Under the pieces are notes generated by a model that did no database searches, was not told the origin of the DNA, and was given only the letters and a program-made list of their open reading frames with translations. Below are positions 7,900 to 17,863 of a stretch of DNA of 32,000 nucleotides, piece after piece. Where the stretch lies: assembly GCF_013167975.1 (NCBI RefSeq), contig NZ_CP038386.1. One strand, written 5' to 3'. This DNA comes from Escherichia coli O55:H7. Its GTDB lineage: Bacteria > Pseudomonadota > Gammaproteobacteria > Enterobacterales > Enterobacteriaceae. The number at the start of each line of letters is the position of its first letter. The first letter of the stretch is position 1. The position numbers and the translations under genes are program-made.

Positions 7900-9741
7900 T
7901 TATGCTGCCGGTGCATTTATCTCCAGCACCAGACTTTCTATCTCAACGCCATACGCTGCATTTTTTGTAACATCCGTCAGCGTCAGCGCATTCAGTCCCA
8001 GTGTCAGACTGTCTTTTATAACCTGGAATGCCGGGCCAGCCACTCCATTCAGTTTCGGAGTAACCGTGGCACTGCCGGCGGTGAACACCAGCTCCAGCGC
8101 CTGCCAGTCGTTACTGTAGTTCCCGAATTCCCCCAGCTTCGTGTTTCCTGACTTCCTGTGGTGCATCAGATTCAGTTTGCCGTCGGTGGTCTGCGTAAAG
8201 TACGACATCAGGAACGGATCACCAGTCCCCGTTATCGTCACACCATCAGGAACAGGAGCGTCTGTGTACAGATAAAGCCCCAGTCCAAACTGGTTGTTTG
8301 TCAGAGCACCAGTCAGACGGAACTTACAGGTCAGCTTCCCTCCCCGGCTCAGCAGTGAGGATGCATTCTTCACCGGATGCGATAGTATCCAGCTTTTACC
8401 GCTCTCTTTGACAATTCTCAGTACGCCATCCGATAACTGAACGCTGCCCCCGGTAATACTCCACCCCTGAGAAGCAACATCGCCGGCGGAGGCCAGAAGC
8501 GATATCGATTCCAGGGATGAGTCATCCGGCGACGTAGAGCCACCTGCTGATGGTGTGTTCTCCGGTTTTACACCGGCAATAAATGCCTGTGAGCGCCCTG
8601 CCTGCGACAGGATAGCCGAGGCCATTCTGTCTGCAATAATCCCACGCCGTGCCCAGGCACTGAAATGGCTCGCACGGTCTGCTGACGTCCAGTTGGCCGA
8701 TGTCCGGGATGCCGCCCCGTAATAACCGGCAGCCACGATATCCGGATCTTCCGTCGGCTCATTCGTGGGCGTGTTTTCACCACTGCCACCTGTCATAAAA
8801 GGAACAAAGAAAATATTCTGTGCTTCCTTTCCTTTATAAGCGCCATACACCGCCTCATATTGTGTGGCGTACTTCTGTTTCCAGATGTATGTGGTGTCAC
8901 CACAAATCCACGGCACTTTTTGAGCGCTTCCACCATGACACTGCGCCGCCATACCGGCAAGGTCGCTACGGAACTGCTGCACCATCGACTGGAATGCTGC
9001 AGGCTGCTGAGCATAGCCAGCGTTTGTCATATCGAATTCACCCTGCATCCAGCATACCGCCAGCAGAACATTTTCAGGATTCTTCGCCAGTGCCGCTTTT
9101 GTACGCAGTATCAGATCCTGATATAACGGCTTACCCACTCCCCAGCGCGCAGAGTTCTGGCTGGCCCCCGTAGCTTCACTGAATGTACCATCCGCCCCTG
9201 CTGTAAATGCTGAACCGCCACGGGAGCAGGGAACCAGCAGAATCCCGGCATTTTTTGGGATATACGGCAGCAGACGTTTGGCGATATGTAAGCCCTGTCC
9301 GACACACCCATACTGACCTTTGCTTAAATCTGCTTCAGGGTGACTGAACACACTCATATCCTGCACATCATGCAGACAATGATCTGCCGGGATCACATCG
9401 TTAAATACACATGCCTCTCCGCCAGGCGTCACCGTACTGCGACGTGCCAACTGCTTAATACGCGGATCAGGCGCATCATATGAATCAGGAAGAGGAATAC
9501 CCTCACCATAAGACATGGCATTGGACTGTCCGGCCAGCACGACCACGTAGTACCACTCCGGCTCAGTTGTGCCACTGACCACCACATCACCTTCTGCTGC
9601 AATCGCCTGCATCAGGGTATAAGGAGTTATGGCCACAGGGCTACCAAACGGCTGCCAGCCTTCTTTCAGTTTTTGCGTGAGCTTGTCCGCCAGATCTGAT
9701 GGCGATGCTGCCCGCACAATATCGTAACGATTAATCGACAT
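7900..9741 (-). CDS. Prophage-encoded 9-O-acetyl N-acetylneuraminic acid esterase, NanS-p type
   Basis: N-terminal DUF1737-like segment (MSINRYDIVRAASPSDLADKLTQKLKEGWQPFGSPVAI), esterase segment (VVVLAGQSNAMSYGEG...LLPYIPKNAGILLVPCSRGGSAFTAG...LLAVCWMQGEFD), and a C-terminal carbohydrate-module-like domain. Start set at the M of MSINRYD, not the upstream extension. Confidence 0.92.
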   Translation of the reverse strand: MSINRYDIVRAASPSDLADKLTQKLKEGWQPFGSPVAITPYTLMQAIAAEGDVVVSGTTEPEWYYVVVLAGQSNAMSYGEGIPLPDSYDAPDPRIKQLARRSTVTPGGEACVFNDVIPADHCLHDVQDMSVFSHPEADLSKGQYGCVGQGLHIAKRLLPYIPKNAGILLVPCSRGGSAFTAGADGTFSEATGASQNSARWGVGKPLYQDLILRTKAALAKNPENVLLAVCWMQGEFDMTNAGYAQQPAAFQSMVQQFRSDLAGMAAQCHGGSAQKVPWICGDTTYIWKQKYATQYEAVYGAYKGKEAQNIFFVPFMTGGSGENTPTNEPTEDPDIVAAGYYGAASRTSANWTSADRASHFSAWARRGIIADRMASAILSQAGRSQAFIAGVKPENTPSAGGSTSPDDSSLESISLLASAGDVASQGWSITGGSVQLSDGVLRIVKESGKSWILSHPVKNASSLLSRGGKLTCKFRLTGALTNNQFGLGLYLYTDAPVPDGVTITGTGDPFLMSYFTQTTDGKLNLMHHRKSGNTKLGEFGNYSNDWQALELVFTAGSATVTPKLNGVAGPAFQVIKDSLTLGLNALTLTDVTKNAAYGVEIESLVLEINAPAA

Positions 9742-10338
9742 CGAATTTCTCCCATGCACAGGAATAGAGTAAAAAAGGCCGAAACAGAAGAAAATCACAG
9801 GATGAGCATCTGCCAGTGGCAGATCGTAAAAAAAGGCCGCGCCATGCGCAGCCAAAACTCACAAGGAAAATGATAAGTAGAATCACAACTTTGATATATG
9901 CATGGTCCGGTGGCCGCCCCGGTGAATTCAGTATCAGCACCTGAATCCGCGCCCCCCAGTATTCCAGCCTGCTGATAACCTCTTACACATGGGATTCGCT
10001 ATACGGCAGTATTTCTAATAAACAGTAAGTAAAAAAATCAAGCATTATTCAGACTGTTTCTTTTCATCACCGACCACCGTAATGTCACAATCCCACGCTT
10101 CATCACACCATCAGCCAGTACCGACATCAGACGCCCGGTGAAATCCACTGCCACCACCAGAAACAACATGATGACAGTCAGCCCAAAGCGTGCACTTTCC
10201 ACAGGTACTGCCCCAGCGGTAACTGCAGAGCCTGCGCCAGTGGGTAACCAGCCTACGGATAAAGTCACACTGACTATCCCGTAACCCCGTCCCTGAAAAG
10301 CTTTATGGTTGATATGCACCGAACGTGGCGCAGATATG

Positions 10339-10359
10339 AAAAAAGCCCGCCGAAGCGAG
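10339..10359 (-). terminator. Intrinsic terminator just downstream of the tRNA cassette
   Basis: Minus strand CTCGC-TTCG-GCGGG followed by CTTTTTTC. Confidence 0.65.
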
Positions 10360-10373
10360 ACTGATAATAAATC

Positions 10374-10448
10374 TGGAGCGGGTAGCGGGAATCGAACCCG
10401 CATCATCAGCCTGGAAGGCTGAGGTAATAGCCATTATATGATACCCGC
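10374..10448 (-). tRNA. tRNA-Gly(TCC)
   Basis: Minus strand GCGGGTATCATATAATGGCTATTACCTCAGCCTTCCAGGCTGATGATGCGGGTTCGATTCCCGCTACCCGCTCCA; anticodon loop CTTCCAG; encoded CCA. Confidence 0.93.
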
Positions 10449-10451
10449 ATA

Positions 10452-10527
10452 TGGTGCCGACTACCGGAATCGAACTGGCGACCTGATGATTACAAGTCAG
10501 TTGCTCTACCATTGGAGCTAAACCAGC
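10452..10527 (-). tRNA. tRNA-Thr(TGT), unusual anticodon stem
   Basis: Minus strand GCTGGTTTAGCTCCAATGGTAGAGCAACTGACTTGTAATCATCAGGTCGCCAGTTCGATTCCGGTAGTCGGCACCA; anticodon loop CTTGTAA; encoded CCA. Confidence 0.82.
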
Positions 10528-10532
10528 ATGTT

Positions 10533-10607
10533 TGGCGGGACAGCGTGGACTCGAACCACGATAAGAAGGTTAACAGCCTTCCGTAATGACCTTTATACGA
10601 CTGACCC
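10533..10607 (-). tRNA. tRNA-Asn(GTT)
   Basis: Minus strand GGGTCAGTCGTATAAAGGTCATTACGGAAGGCTGTTAACCTTCTTATCGTGGTTCGAGTCCACGCTGTCCCGCCA; perfect anticodon stem GAAGG/CCTTC with loop CTGTTAA. Confidence 0.87.
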
Positions 10608-10611
10608 AAAT

Positions 10612-10653
10612 AAAAAAAGCCACCGTTGCAACTTAAGAGTCACTAACGGCAGC
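10612..10653 (-). terminator. tR'-like terminator at the start of the late operon
   Basis: Minus strand GCTGCCGTT...AACGGTGGC (9 bp with two G-U pairs) followed by TTTTTTT. Confidence 0.65.
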
Positions 10654-10663
10654 TTACCTTCTA

Positions 10664-10693
10664 ATTATGGCCAAATGGATAATTGCATGTCAA
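10664..10693 (-). promoter_or_regulatory. Putative late promoter pR'
   Basis: Minus strand TTGACA (10693..10688), 18 bp spacer, CATAAT (10669..10664), overlapping the end of the Q gene and reading into the terminator and tRNAs. Confidence 0.65.
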
Positions 10694-11189
10694 GACTTTT
10701 AACAGCAATGTGTTTAACTTTCTCAACACGTTTACGCATTTTGAAAGCATTTTGCATTGGTTGGTACAAAACAAATAATGATGCTTTCAGGATGTCGTCA
10801 ATTTCATTTCTACAGGTTGCCAGTGAAGGTTTTCTCCATCCCTCGCCACCACGTCCACACATCTTGCGTGGCTTTGCAGTCGCGTGATAGTAGGATGCAA
10901 TTGCTCGCTTAGATGAACCATGAGCGTAGTAGCTGAGGAGGATGCCAAAGGCTTTCTTGTCAATGCACATGACGGAATCGACGACCTGAGAAATCAACAT
11001 TCCATCATCATCATTGCACATTGGCCTTGTCATAATTCTTCCCGGCTCTACGCTCTCCATGAACTTCGCTATTACGCTGCTCATGCGCTTTTCCAGACGA
11101 CCTGAATAAACCCATGCGCCCCACAGTTCAAGCCAGCCATTCAGCCAATCGTGCTGTTCTTTGGTGAGGTTTAGTTCTCTTATACCCAT
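10665..11189 (-). CDS. Late antitermination protein Q, DUF1133-type (not lambda-type)
   Basis: 174 aa [35 protein letters not shown]...[51 protein letters not shown]; position between the nin genes and the late promoter. Confidence 0.8.
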   Translation of the reverse strand: MGIRELNLTKEQHDWLNGWLELWGAWVYSGRLEKRMSSVIAKFMESVEPGRIMTRPMCNDDDGMLISQVVDSVMCIDKKAFGILLSYYAHGSSKRAIASYYHATAKPRKMCGRGGEGWRKPSLATCRNEIDDILKASLFVLYQPMQNAFKMRKRVEKVKHIAVKSLDMQLSIWP

Positions 11190-11851
11190 GCGACTTCTCC
11201 CTGTACCTGAATCAATGTGAGGTTTCCGCAGAACACTGCGCCAGTATCGATATACATCTGGTTGGCAAATTTGAGTGGTTTCACTGCTGGCGTATGACCA
11301 AGGATGAACGTGTCCGCGCCTTTGATTTCTTTCACGATCCCGTCTTGTGAGTTGCTGATTCGTTCGCGATTCCAGATTACCTGCTGATTATCAACTGGCT
11401 TTCCAAACTCGTATTCGTCACAAGGATAATCGGCGTGACAGATGACATATTTTTTATCTTTGCTCACCAGTTCGATGATTAATGGAAGTTCATCTGCTTT
11501 ATAAGCAAGTGCTTTAACCAGAATTTCTTGGTCGTAATCGAGATTAAAGAACCAGCCGCCGCCATTAAGCAGCCAGTGATTGACGTTTCCACGCTCTGAC
11601 AAGCCATCAATCATCATTTGCTCATGGTTTCCACGTACAGCTCTGAACCAGGGGAATGTGATTAATTCCAGGCATTCGACGTTCTCTGTACCGCGATCAA
11701 CCAAATCACCCACCGAGATAAGCAGGTCTTTTTTGTTGTCGAATCCAATCGTATCCAGTTTGTTCATCAGGTTCGTGTAGCATCCGTGCAGATCGCCAAC
11801 TACCCAAATATTTCGGTATTTGCTGCCATCAATTCTTTCGTAGATATTCAT
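11180..11851 (-). CDS. ninI: Serine/threonine protein phosphatase NinI-like (lambda PP family)
   Basis: [20 protein letters not shown]...[12 protein letters not shown]...[12 protein letters not shown] metallophosphatase motifs; close to lambda PP. Confidence 0.93.
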   Translation of the reverse strand: MNIYERIDGSKYRNIWVVGDLHGCYTNLMNKLDTIGFDNKKDLLISVGDLVDRGTENVECLELITFPWFRAVRGNHEQMMIDGLSERGNVNHWLLNGGGWFFNLDYDQEILVKALAYKADELPLIIELVSKDKKYVICHADYPCDEYEFGKPVDNQQVIWNRERISNSQDGIVKEIKGADTFILGHTPAVKPLKFANQMYIDTGAVFCGNLTLIQVQGEVAWV

Positions 11852-12453
11852 GCAGCCTCACTTCTGCTGTTTCGCAGTTTTTTAAGTTTCTGTTGATACT
11901 CCGCCTTGATGGCCCTGCACTCTTCGACAGTCCAGCGATGGCGGTTATGGTCTGATTCGATTTCCTCTACTGCTTCCTGCCCAATGCGGTTAATCAGTTC
12001 GACACGATACGGAACGAGATTTCCGCTTTTATGCTGGTTGCACACCACGCATTGCTTGTGAATATTGCGTTCATCAAACCGGAGTTGAGGTGCCGCAGCA
12101 GTTGTCCGGTAATGCCCGGCATCCCACTGAGCAGACGTGAGCGTTCCGCACGAGATACATGGTAAGTCGCGGTCTCTTTCTCTGATGAAGGCGTTTACGG
12201 CTTGTTGGGCTTGTTTAATCCAGTAACTGCGGGGCTTTAAGGCGAGTTTTCTAATCTTAAGTTTATCTTTCTGTTTCTGCTCCTCTCGTCGTCGTTTCTT
12301 CTCTGCTGCTTTTTCCGCTTTTTCGCGTTCTTTGCTTCGTCGTTCGAGTGCTAATTGAGTTCCGTGTTCCGGGCAGCACCACCACTGATTTGAGAATGCC
12401 GGGTGAAACCATTCCTTGCATATTTTGCATTTCCTTCGCGCTGGTTTAGCCAT
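11848..12453 (-). CDS. ninG: NinG recombination protein
   Basis: 201 aa [102 protein letters not shown]; lambda NinG/Rap family. Confidence 0.93.
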   Translation of the reverse strand: MAKPARRKCKICKEWFHPAFSNQWWCCPEHGTQLALERRSKEREKAEKAAEKKRRREEQKQKDKLKIRKLALKPRSYWIKQAQQAVNAFIRERDRDLPCISCGTLTSAQWDAGHYRTTAAAPQLRFDERNIHKQCVVCNQHKSGNLVPYRVELINRIGQEAVEEIESDHNRHRWTVEECRAIKAEYQQKLKKLRNSRSEAA

Positions 12454-12658
12454 CGTCTTCTTCCTCGTGCATCGAGCTATTCGGATCGCTCATCAGCTCT
12501 GCACAGCAGTGCTCACACAAGTGAACTTCCAGCACATGCAGCTTCTGACCGCAATTAGCGCACGTTAAAGCCCGCTCGACGCTTTCTTGTTCGTAACTTC
12601 GATTTGGGTCAATCACCTTGTATTCCTCGCACGATGTCTTAGCCACCGGATATCCCAC
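12446..12658 (-). CDS. ninF: NinF
   Basis: [49 protein letters not shown] is near-identical to the lambda NinF core; exact start uncertain. Confidence 0.85.
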   Translation of the reverse strand: MGYPVAKTSCEEYKVIDPNRSYEQESVERALTCANCGQKLHVLEVHLCEHCCAELMSDPNSSMHEEEDDG

Positions 12659-12795
12659 AGGTGAGCCGTGTAGTTGAAGGTTTTTACGTCAGATTCTTTT
12701 GGGATTGGCTTGGGTTTATTTCTGGAGCGTTTCGTTGGAAGGTATTTGCAGTTTTCGCAGATGATGTCGGTGATACTTCGTCGTTGTCGCCTCAT
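12613..12795 (-). CDS. ninE: NinE
   Basis: 60 aa [60 protein letters not shown]. Confidence 0.88.
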   Translation of the reverse strand: MRRQRRSITDIICENCKYLPTKRSRNKPKPIPKESDVKTFNYTAHLWDIRWLRHRARNTR

Positions 12796-13319
12796 GCCGC
12801 CCTCCTGACGCCCTGCCCGATCGCCATCAATGCCGCTTTGGATACGGTAGTAAACATCCGTCGAGGACTGATGAACGGTCGCCAAATCAGCAGCATGGAG
12901 CCTTTGCTGTTTCCCTTCTTCTCCACCCCCGTCGATGGTTCGATAAAATTAATCCGTCCATCAGTGATAATGCGAACTTCGTCGACACTCTCCAGAGCCT
13001 TGCTGAACCATCCGACTGACATATCCTCTGGCACAAGCATAACTACCGTCTGTCGCTGTTGTATGCACTGCTCAGCGGCTTTTTCCACCCACGGCCTGAT
13101 ATTGCTGTACGGTGGGTTATTCCAGATTGCACCGTGGCTTACCCACTCAGAATTGAGCGCGTCGTCGGCCTCAGTCAGCCAGTGAGCGCACAGAGCATTT
13201 TTGTCGCTCGCTGCTGAATCCAGCCAGAATCCAAACTCAATATCCAGTGCATCAAAAAGCCAGAGCGGCGTTTGCCAGCAGTCCTTGTCGTGTGCTGGCG
13301 TATTTGATTTGATAGTCAT
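12792..13319 (-). CDS. Phage DNA N-6-adenine methyltransferase (Dam-like, nin region)
   Basis: [44 protein letters not shown]...[19 protein letters not shown]; catalytic NPPY motif. Confidence 0.9.
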   Translation of the reverse strand: MTIKSNTPAHDKDCWQTPLWLFDALDIEFGFWLDSAASDKNALCAHWLTEADDALNSEWVSHGAIWNNPPYSNIRPWVEKAAEQCIQQRQTVVMLVPEDMSVGWFSKALESVDEVRIITDGRINFIEPSTGVEKKGNSKGSMLLIWRPFISPRRMFTTVSKAALMAIGQGVRRAA

Positions 13320-13756
13320 GCAGCCCGATCTCCCCATCGCGCTTTCCATTCGAGAGCCAGTCGCGCTTCGTCTGACCACTTAACGCCACGCTCTGTACCG
13401 AATGCCTGTATAAGCTCTAATAGCTCCGCAAATTCGCTTACACGCATCCTGCTGGTTGACTGGCCTATTACCACAAAGCCATTCCCGGCAAGGTTAGGAA
13501 CAACGTCCTGCTGCTTTAATGCTGCTGTAAAAACGCACTTCCAGCTTTCTGCATCCAGCCAGCGACCATGCCATTCAACCTGACGAGAGACGTCACCTAA
13601 GCAGGCCCATAGCTTCCTGTTTTGGTCTAAGCTGCGGTTGCGTTCCTGAATGGTTACTACGATTGGTTTGGTCGGGTCTGGAAGGATTTGCTGTACTGCG
13701 TGAATAGCGTTTTGCTGATGTGCTGGAGATCGAATTTCAAAGGTTAGTTTTTTCAT
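13316..13756 (-). CDS. ninB: NinB recombination protein
   Basis: 146 aa MKKLTFEIRSPAHQQNAIHAVQQILPDPTKPIVVTIQERNRSLDQNRKLWACLGDVSRQVEWHGRWLDAESWKCVFTAAL. Confidence 0.93.
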   Translation of the reverse strand: MKKLTFEIRSPAHQQNAIHAVQQILPDPTKPIVVTIQERNRSLDQNRKLWACLGDVSRQVEWHGRWLDAESWKCVFTAALKQQDVVPNLAGNGFVVIGQSTSRMRVSEFAELLELIQAFGTERGVKWSDEARLALEWKARWGDRAA

Positions 13757-13829
13757 GACTTCCCTCTCCCCCAAATAAAAAGGCCTGCGATTACCAGCAG
13801 GCCTGTTATTAGCTCAGTGATGTAGATGG

Positions 13830-14120
13830 TCATCTTTTAACTCCATATACCGCCAATACCCGTTTCATCGCGGCACTCTGGCGACACTCCTTAAAAATCA
13901 GGTTCGTGCTCATCTTTCCTTCCCGTTCTTCCCTGGTAGCAAACCGGTAATACACCGTTCGCCAGACCTTACCTTCGATAACCAGAAGACCTGCCCGTGC
14001 CATTTTAGCCGCGGCCTGATTTATGCTGGTTACTGTTGCGCCTGTTAGCGCGGCAACGTCCGGCGCACAGAAGCTCTTGTGCGTCTCCAGATAATGAATA
14101 ATTGCTTCTTTGCCCGTCAT
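13830..14120 (-). CDS. ren: Ren (lambda ren exclusion/early protein)
   Basis: 96 aa MTGKEAIIHYLETHKSFCAPDVAALTGATVTSINQAAAKMARAGLLVIEGKVWRTVYYRFATREEREGK; directly downstream of P. Confidence 0.9.
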   Translation of the reverse strand: MTGKEAIIHYLETHKSFCAPDVAALTGATVTSINQAAAKMARAGLLVIEGKVWRTVYYRFATREEREGKMSTNLIFKECRQSAAMKRVLAVYGVKR

Positions 14121-14818
14121 AGACTTGCTCCTTTCAGTCCGAACTTAGCTTTAATTTCTGCGATCTTCGCCAGCGCCTGAACACGATTTAGAGGTCTTCC
14201 CCCCATGACAGGAAGTTGTTTTACTGGTTCAGGTATTGCCTCACCACGGTTAATTCGCGCGGTCATACAGGTCAGTTCATCGGCAGCCTTGCGCCGTAAT
14301 TCCGCGTCAGTCAGCGCATTGGCTCGCATGTTCTGGTACAGGTTGGTAACCAGCCAGTAGTGCGCGTTCGATTTCCATGGATAAGACTCCGCATCCGGAT
14401 ACAGGCCTCGCTTCCGGCAATACTCGTAAACCATATCAACCAGCTCGCTGACGTTTGGCAGTCCGGCGATAACGGATGCTTCTTCCCGGCACCATGCAAC
14501 AAACTGCCCGGGTGATGGCAGAAATGGTCGATTCTGCCGACGGGCTACGCGCATTCCTGCGTTAACCTGTTCCATTGTGGTGATCCCGTTTTCCCGGAAA
14601 GCCAGAACCCACTGGCGGCGGATTTCGTTCAGTTCGTTCTGGTCACGGTTAGCCAGGCTCGCCGGGAAAGTTGCCAGTAACTGGCTGAACACACCGTTGA
14701 TGATCTGCGCTACCTGCTGTACCTGCGGCTTTTCGTCGTACTGTTCCGGCATGTTGTTGGCGATCCGACGCATCTGCTCACGGTCAAAGTTAACCATCTG
14801 TGCGGCGATGTTTTTCAT
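14117..14818 (-). CDS. P: Replication protein P
   Basis: 233 aa MKNIAAQMVNFDREQMRRIANNMPEQYDEKPQVQQVAQIINGVFSQLLATFPASLANRDQNELNEIRRQWVLAFRENGITTMEQVNAGMRVARRQNRPFLPSPGQF. Confidence 0.95.
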   Translation of the reverse strand: MKNIAAQMVNFDREQMRRIANNMPEQYDEKPQVQQVAQIINGVFSQLLATFPASLANRDQNELNEIRRQWVLAFRENGITTMEQVNAGMRVARRQNRPFLPSPGQFVAWCREEASVIAGLPNVSELVDMVYEYCRKRGLYPDAESYPWKSNAHYWLVTNLYQNMRANALTDAELRRKAADELTCMTARINRGEAIPEPVKQLPVMGGRPLNRVQALAKIAEIKAKFGLKGASL

Positions 14819-15714
14819 AGATCCACCCCGTAAATCCAGTCTGTGTTTGTCAGGTCGAGTTTTGGTTTGCTGGCTGTCACGACTGCCTGTTGCTTGTTAC
14901 GGTTGATTTCGAGCTGGGTCCACTTGTCGCGGAGTTTGGCCGGGCTAAGCACGTTACCGGACCAGAAGTTGTCCTGGCATGCCCAGCGGAACAGTACACA
15001 CATGTCGCGATGGTTACGTCCGTCACGTTCACGCATCAGGCGGATATCGTTAGCCCACCCAGCAAAATTCGGTTTTCTGGCTGATGGTGCGATAGTCTTC
15101 ACCATGTCAAACATCCACTCTGCGGCGGTCAGGTCTTCTGCTGTCCCCCACTTGCTGCCGCTCTGAATTGCAGCATCCGGTTTCACCACAGAAAGGTCGT
15201 TTTCTGGCTGGTCAGAGGATTCGCCAGAATTCTCTGACGAATAATCTTTTCTTTTTTCTTTTGTAATAGTGTCTTTTGTGTCCCCCTGTTTTGAGGGATA
15301 GCAATCCCCCAATTTGAGGGATGTTTTATCCCTCGTTTTAGGGGATTTTCCCTCGTTTTGAGGGATACACCATTCTGAGATGTTTTTATTTGGTCCAAAC
15401 ATGCCGCCTTGCTGCTTGATAATATTCATTCTGACGAGTTCTAACTTGGCTTCATTGCACCGTTTGACGGGTAACTTTGTAATCTCGCTAAGTTGAGAAT
15501 CGGTGATTCTGTCCATTGGTTTATTCCACCCATAGGTTTTACGCAGAATGGCAAGCAGCACTTTAAACTGTCGCTTGGTCAGATCTGCGCCCGAATAAGC
15601 CTCAAGCAGCATATTTGATAGTCTGGCGTAACCATCATCGAGATCTGCCACATTACGCTCCTGTTTGGCAAAGTTACCTCTGCAGAAGTTGAGTATTTTT
15701 GCTGTATTTGTCAT
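14815..15714 (-). CDS. O: Replication initiator protein O
   Basis: 299 aa MTNTAKILNFCRGNFAKQERNVADLDDGYARLSNMLLEAYSGADLTKRQFKVLLAILRKTYGWNKPMDRITDSQ; contains origin iterons within the gene. Confidence 0.95.
   Translation of the reverse strand: MTNTAKILNFCRGNFAKQERNVADLDDGYARLSNMLLEAYSGADLTKRQFKVLLAILRKTYGWNKPMDRITDSQLSEITKLPVKRCNEAKLELVRMNIIKQQGGMFGPNKNISEWCIPQNEGKSPKTRDKTSLKLGDCYPSKQGDTKDTITKEKRKDYSSENSGESSDQPENDLSVVKPDAAIQSGSKWGTAEDLTAAEWMFDMVKTIAPSARKPNFAGWANDIRLMRERDGRNHRDMCVLFRWACQDNFWSGNVLSPAKLRDKWTQLEINRNKQQAVVTASKPKLDLTNTDWIYGVDL
15241..15366 (-). other. Lambda-type origin of replication inside O: four iterons plus an AT/purine-rich tract
   Basis: Minus strand ATCCCTCAAAACGAGGGAAAATCCCCTAAAACGAGGGATAAAACATCCCTCAAATTGGGGGATTGCTATCCCTCAAAACAGGGGGACACAAAAGACACTATTACAAAAGAAAAAAGAAAAG. 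Confidence 0.92.
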
Positions 15715-15724
15715 AATGACTCCT

Positions 15725-15801
15725 GTAGATTTATCCAGTAATGACCTCAGAACTCCATCTGGATTTGTTCAGAACGCTCGGTTGCCGCCGGGCGTTTTTT
15801 A
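15725..15801 (+). ncRNA. oop: OOP antisense RNA overlapping the 3' end of cII
   Basis: GTAGATTTATCCAGTAATGACCTCAGAACTCCATCTGGATTTGTTCAGAACGCTCGGTTGCCGCCGGGCGTTTTTTATT is near-identical to lambda oop and ends in its terminator. Confidence 0.88.
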
Positions 15802-16040
15802 TTGGTGAGAATCGCAGCAACTTGTCGTGCCAATCGAGCCATGTCGTCGTCAACGACACCCCATTCAAGAACAGCAAGCAGCATTGAGAACTTTGGAATC
15901 CAGTCCCTCTTCCACCTGCTGATCTGCGACTTATCAACTCCCACAGCTTCCGCTGTCTTCTCAGTTCCAAGCATTGCGATTTTGTTAAGCAACGCACTCT
16001 CGATTCGTAGAGCCTCGTTGCGTTTGTTTGCACGAACCAT
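15747..16040 (-). CDS. cII: CII transcriptional activator
   Basis: 97 aa MVRANKRNEALRIESALLNKIAMLGTEKTAEAVGVDKSQISRWKRDWIPKFSMLLAVLEWGVVDDDMARLARQVAAILTNKKRPAATERSEQIQMEF. Confidence 0.95.
   Translation of the reverse strand: MVRANKRNEALRIESALLNKIAMLGTEKTAEAVGVDKSQISRWKRDWIPKFSMLLAVLEWGVVDDDMARLARQVAAILTNKKRPAATERSEQIQMEF
16018..16031 (+). promoter_or_regulatory. CII binding site / pRE (TTGC-N6-TTGC)
   Basis: TTGCGTTTGTTTGC, identical to the lambda pRE direct repeat, at the 5' end of cII. Confidence 0.85.
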
Positions 16041-16119
16041 ATGTAAGTATTTCCTTAGATAACAATTGATTGAATGTATGCAAATAAATGCATACACCAT
16101 AGGTGTGGTTTAATTGGAT

Positions 16120-16151
16120 GCCCTTTTTCAGGGCGGGGATGTGTAAGAGCG
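16120..16151 (-). promoter_or_regulatory. nutR (boxA + boxB)
   Basis: Minus strand CGCTCTTA (16151..16144) and boxB hairpin GCCCTGAAAAAGGGC (16134..16120). Confidence 0.9.
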
Positions 16152-16159
16152 GGAATGTC

Positions 16160-17512
<1,353 letters not shown>

Positions 17513-17562
17513 TCCCCACCTCAATCTCAATAACCAAAAAACAAACTATTTTCCGTTTAAAA

Positions 17563-17630
17563 ACAATGGAGTTTGTTTTGTATACCTCTTTTTACAATAT
17601 TTCTTGTTTACAGCATACAATCTTTCTTGT
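17563..17630. promoter_or_regulatory. Left operator OL: three ACAA-N6-TTGT sites and pL
   Basis: ACAATGGAGTTTGT 17563..17576; ACAATATTTCTTGT 17594..17607; ACAATCTTTCTTGT 17617..17630; pL-like TTTACA at 17607..17612. Confidence 0.82.
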
Positions 17631-17674
17631 AATTTTAAACCATCAGCAGGACGCACTGACCACCATGAAGGTGA

Positions 17675-17705
17675 TGCTCTTAAAAATTAAGCCCTGAAGA
17701 AGGGC
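17675..17705 (+). promoter_or_regulatory. nutL (boxA + boxB)
   Basis: TGCTCTTAAAAATTAA followed by boxB hairpin GCCCTGAAGAAGGGC (17691..17705), as in lambda. Confidence 0.92.
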
Positions 17706-17863
17706 AGCATTCAAAGCAGAAGGCTTTGGGGTGTGTGATACGAAACGAAGCATTGGCCGGAAGTGCGATTCCGGATTAGCTGCCAATGTGCCAATCGCGG
17801 GGGGTTTTCGTTCAGGACTACAACTGCCACACACCACCAAAGCTAACTGACAGGAGAATCCAG

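Noticed and set aside
9742-9855. Upstream extension of the nanS-p ORF (MAAHGAAFFYDLPLADAHPVIF...)
   Set aside because: The extension is not typical of the family; MSINRYDIVRAASPSDLADKL at 9741 is the natural start.
10038-10406. ORF MMRVRFPLPAPDLLSV... as a protein-coding gene
   Set aside because: Its first codons lie in the antisense/sense sequence of tRNA-Gly and no recognisable domain was found; coding status not supported.
7900-10700. Expected Shiga toxin stxA/stxB genes next to Q, tRNAs and nanS-p
   Set aside because: No ORF of appropriate length or motif exists between 9741 and 10660; the track shows only short weak ORFs, so stx is absent.
12661-13185. Plus-strand 174-aa ORF across ninE and the methyltransferase gene
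   Set aside because: Antisense to well-supported nin-region genes; no known protein features.
11180-14120. Nin-region methyltransferase plus phosphatase as a novel defence or anti-defence island
   Set aside because: ninB, Dam-like methyltransferase, ninE, ninF, ninG and ninI form a common lambdoid nin-region arrangement; no restriction partner is adjacent.
15281-15366. Iterated 20-bp repeats as a possible CRISPR-like array
   Set aside because: These are the four lambda-type origin iterons within O; no unique spacers and no cas genes.
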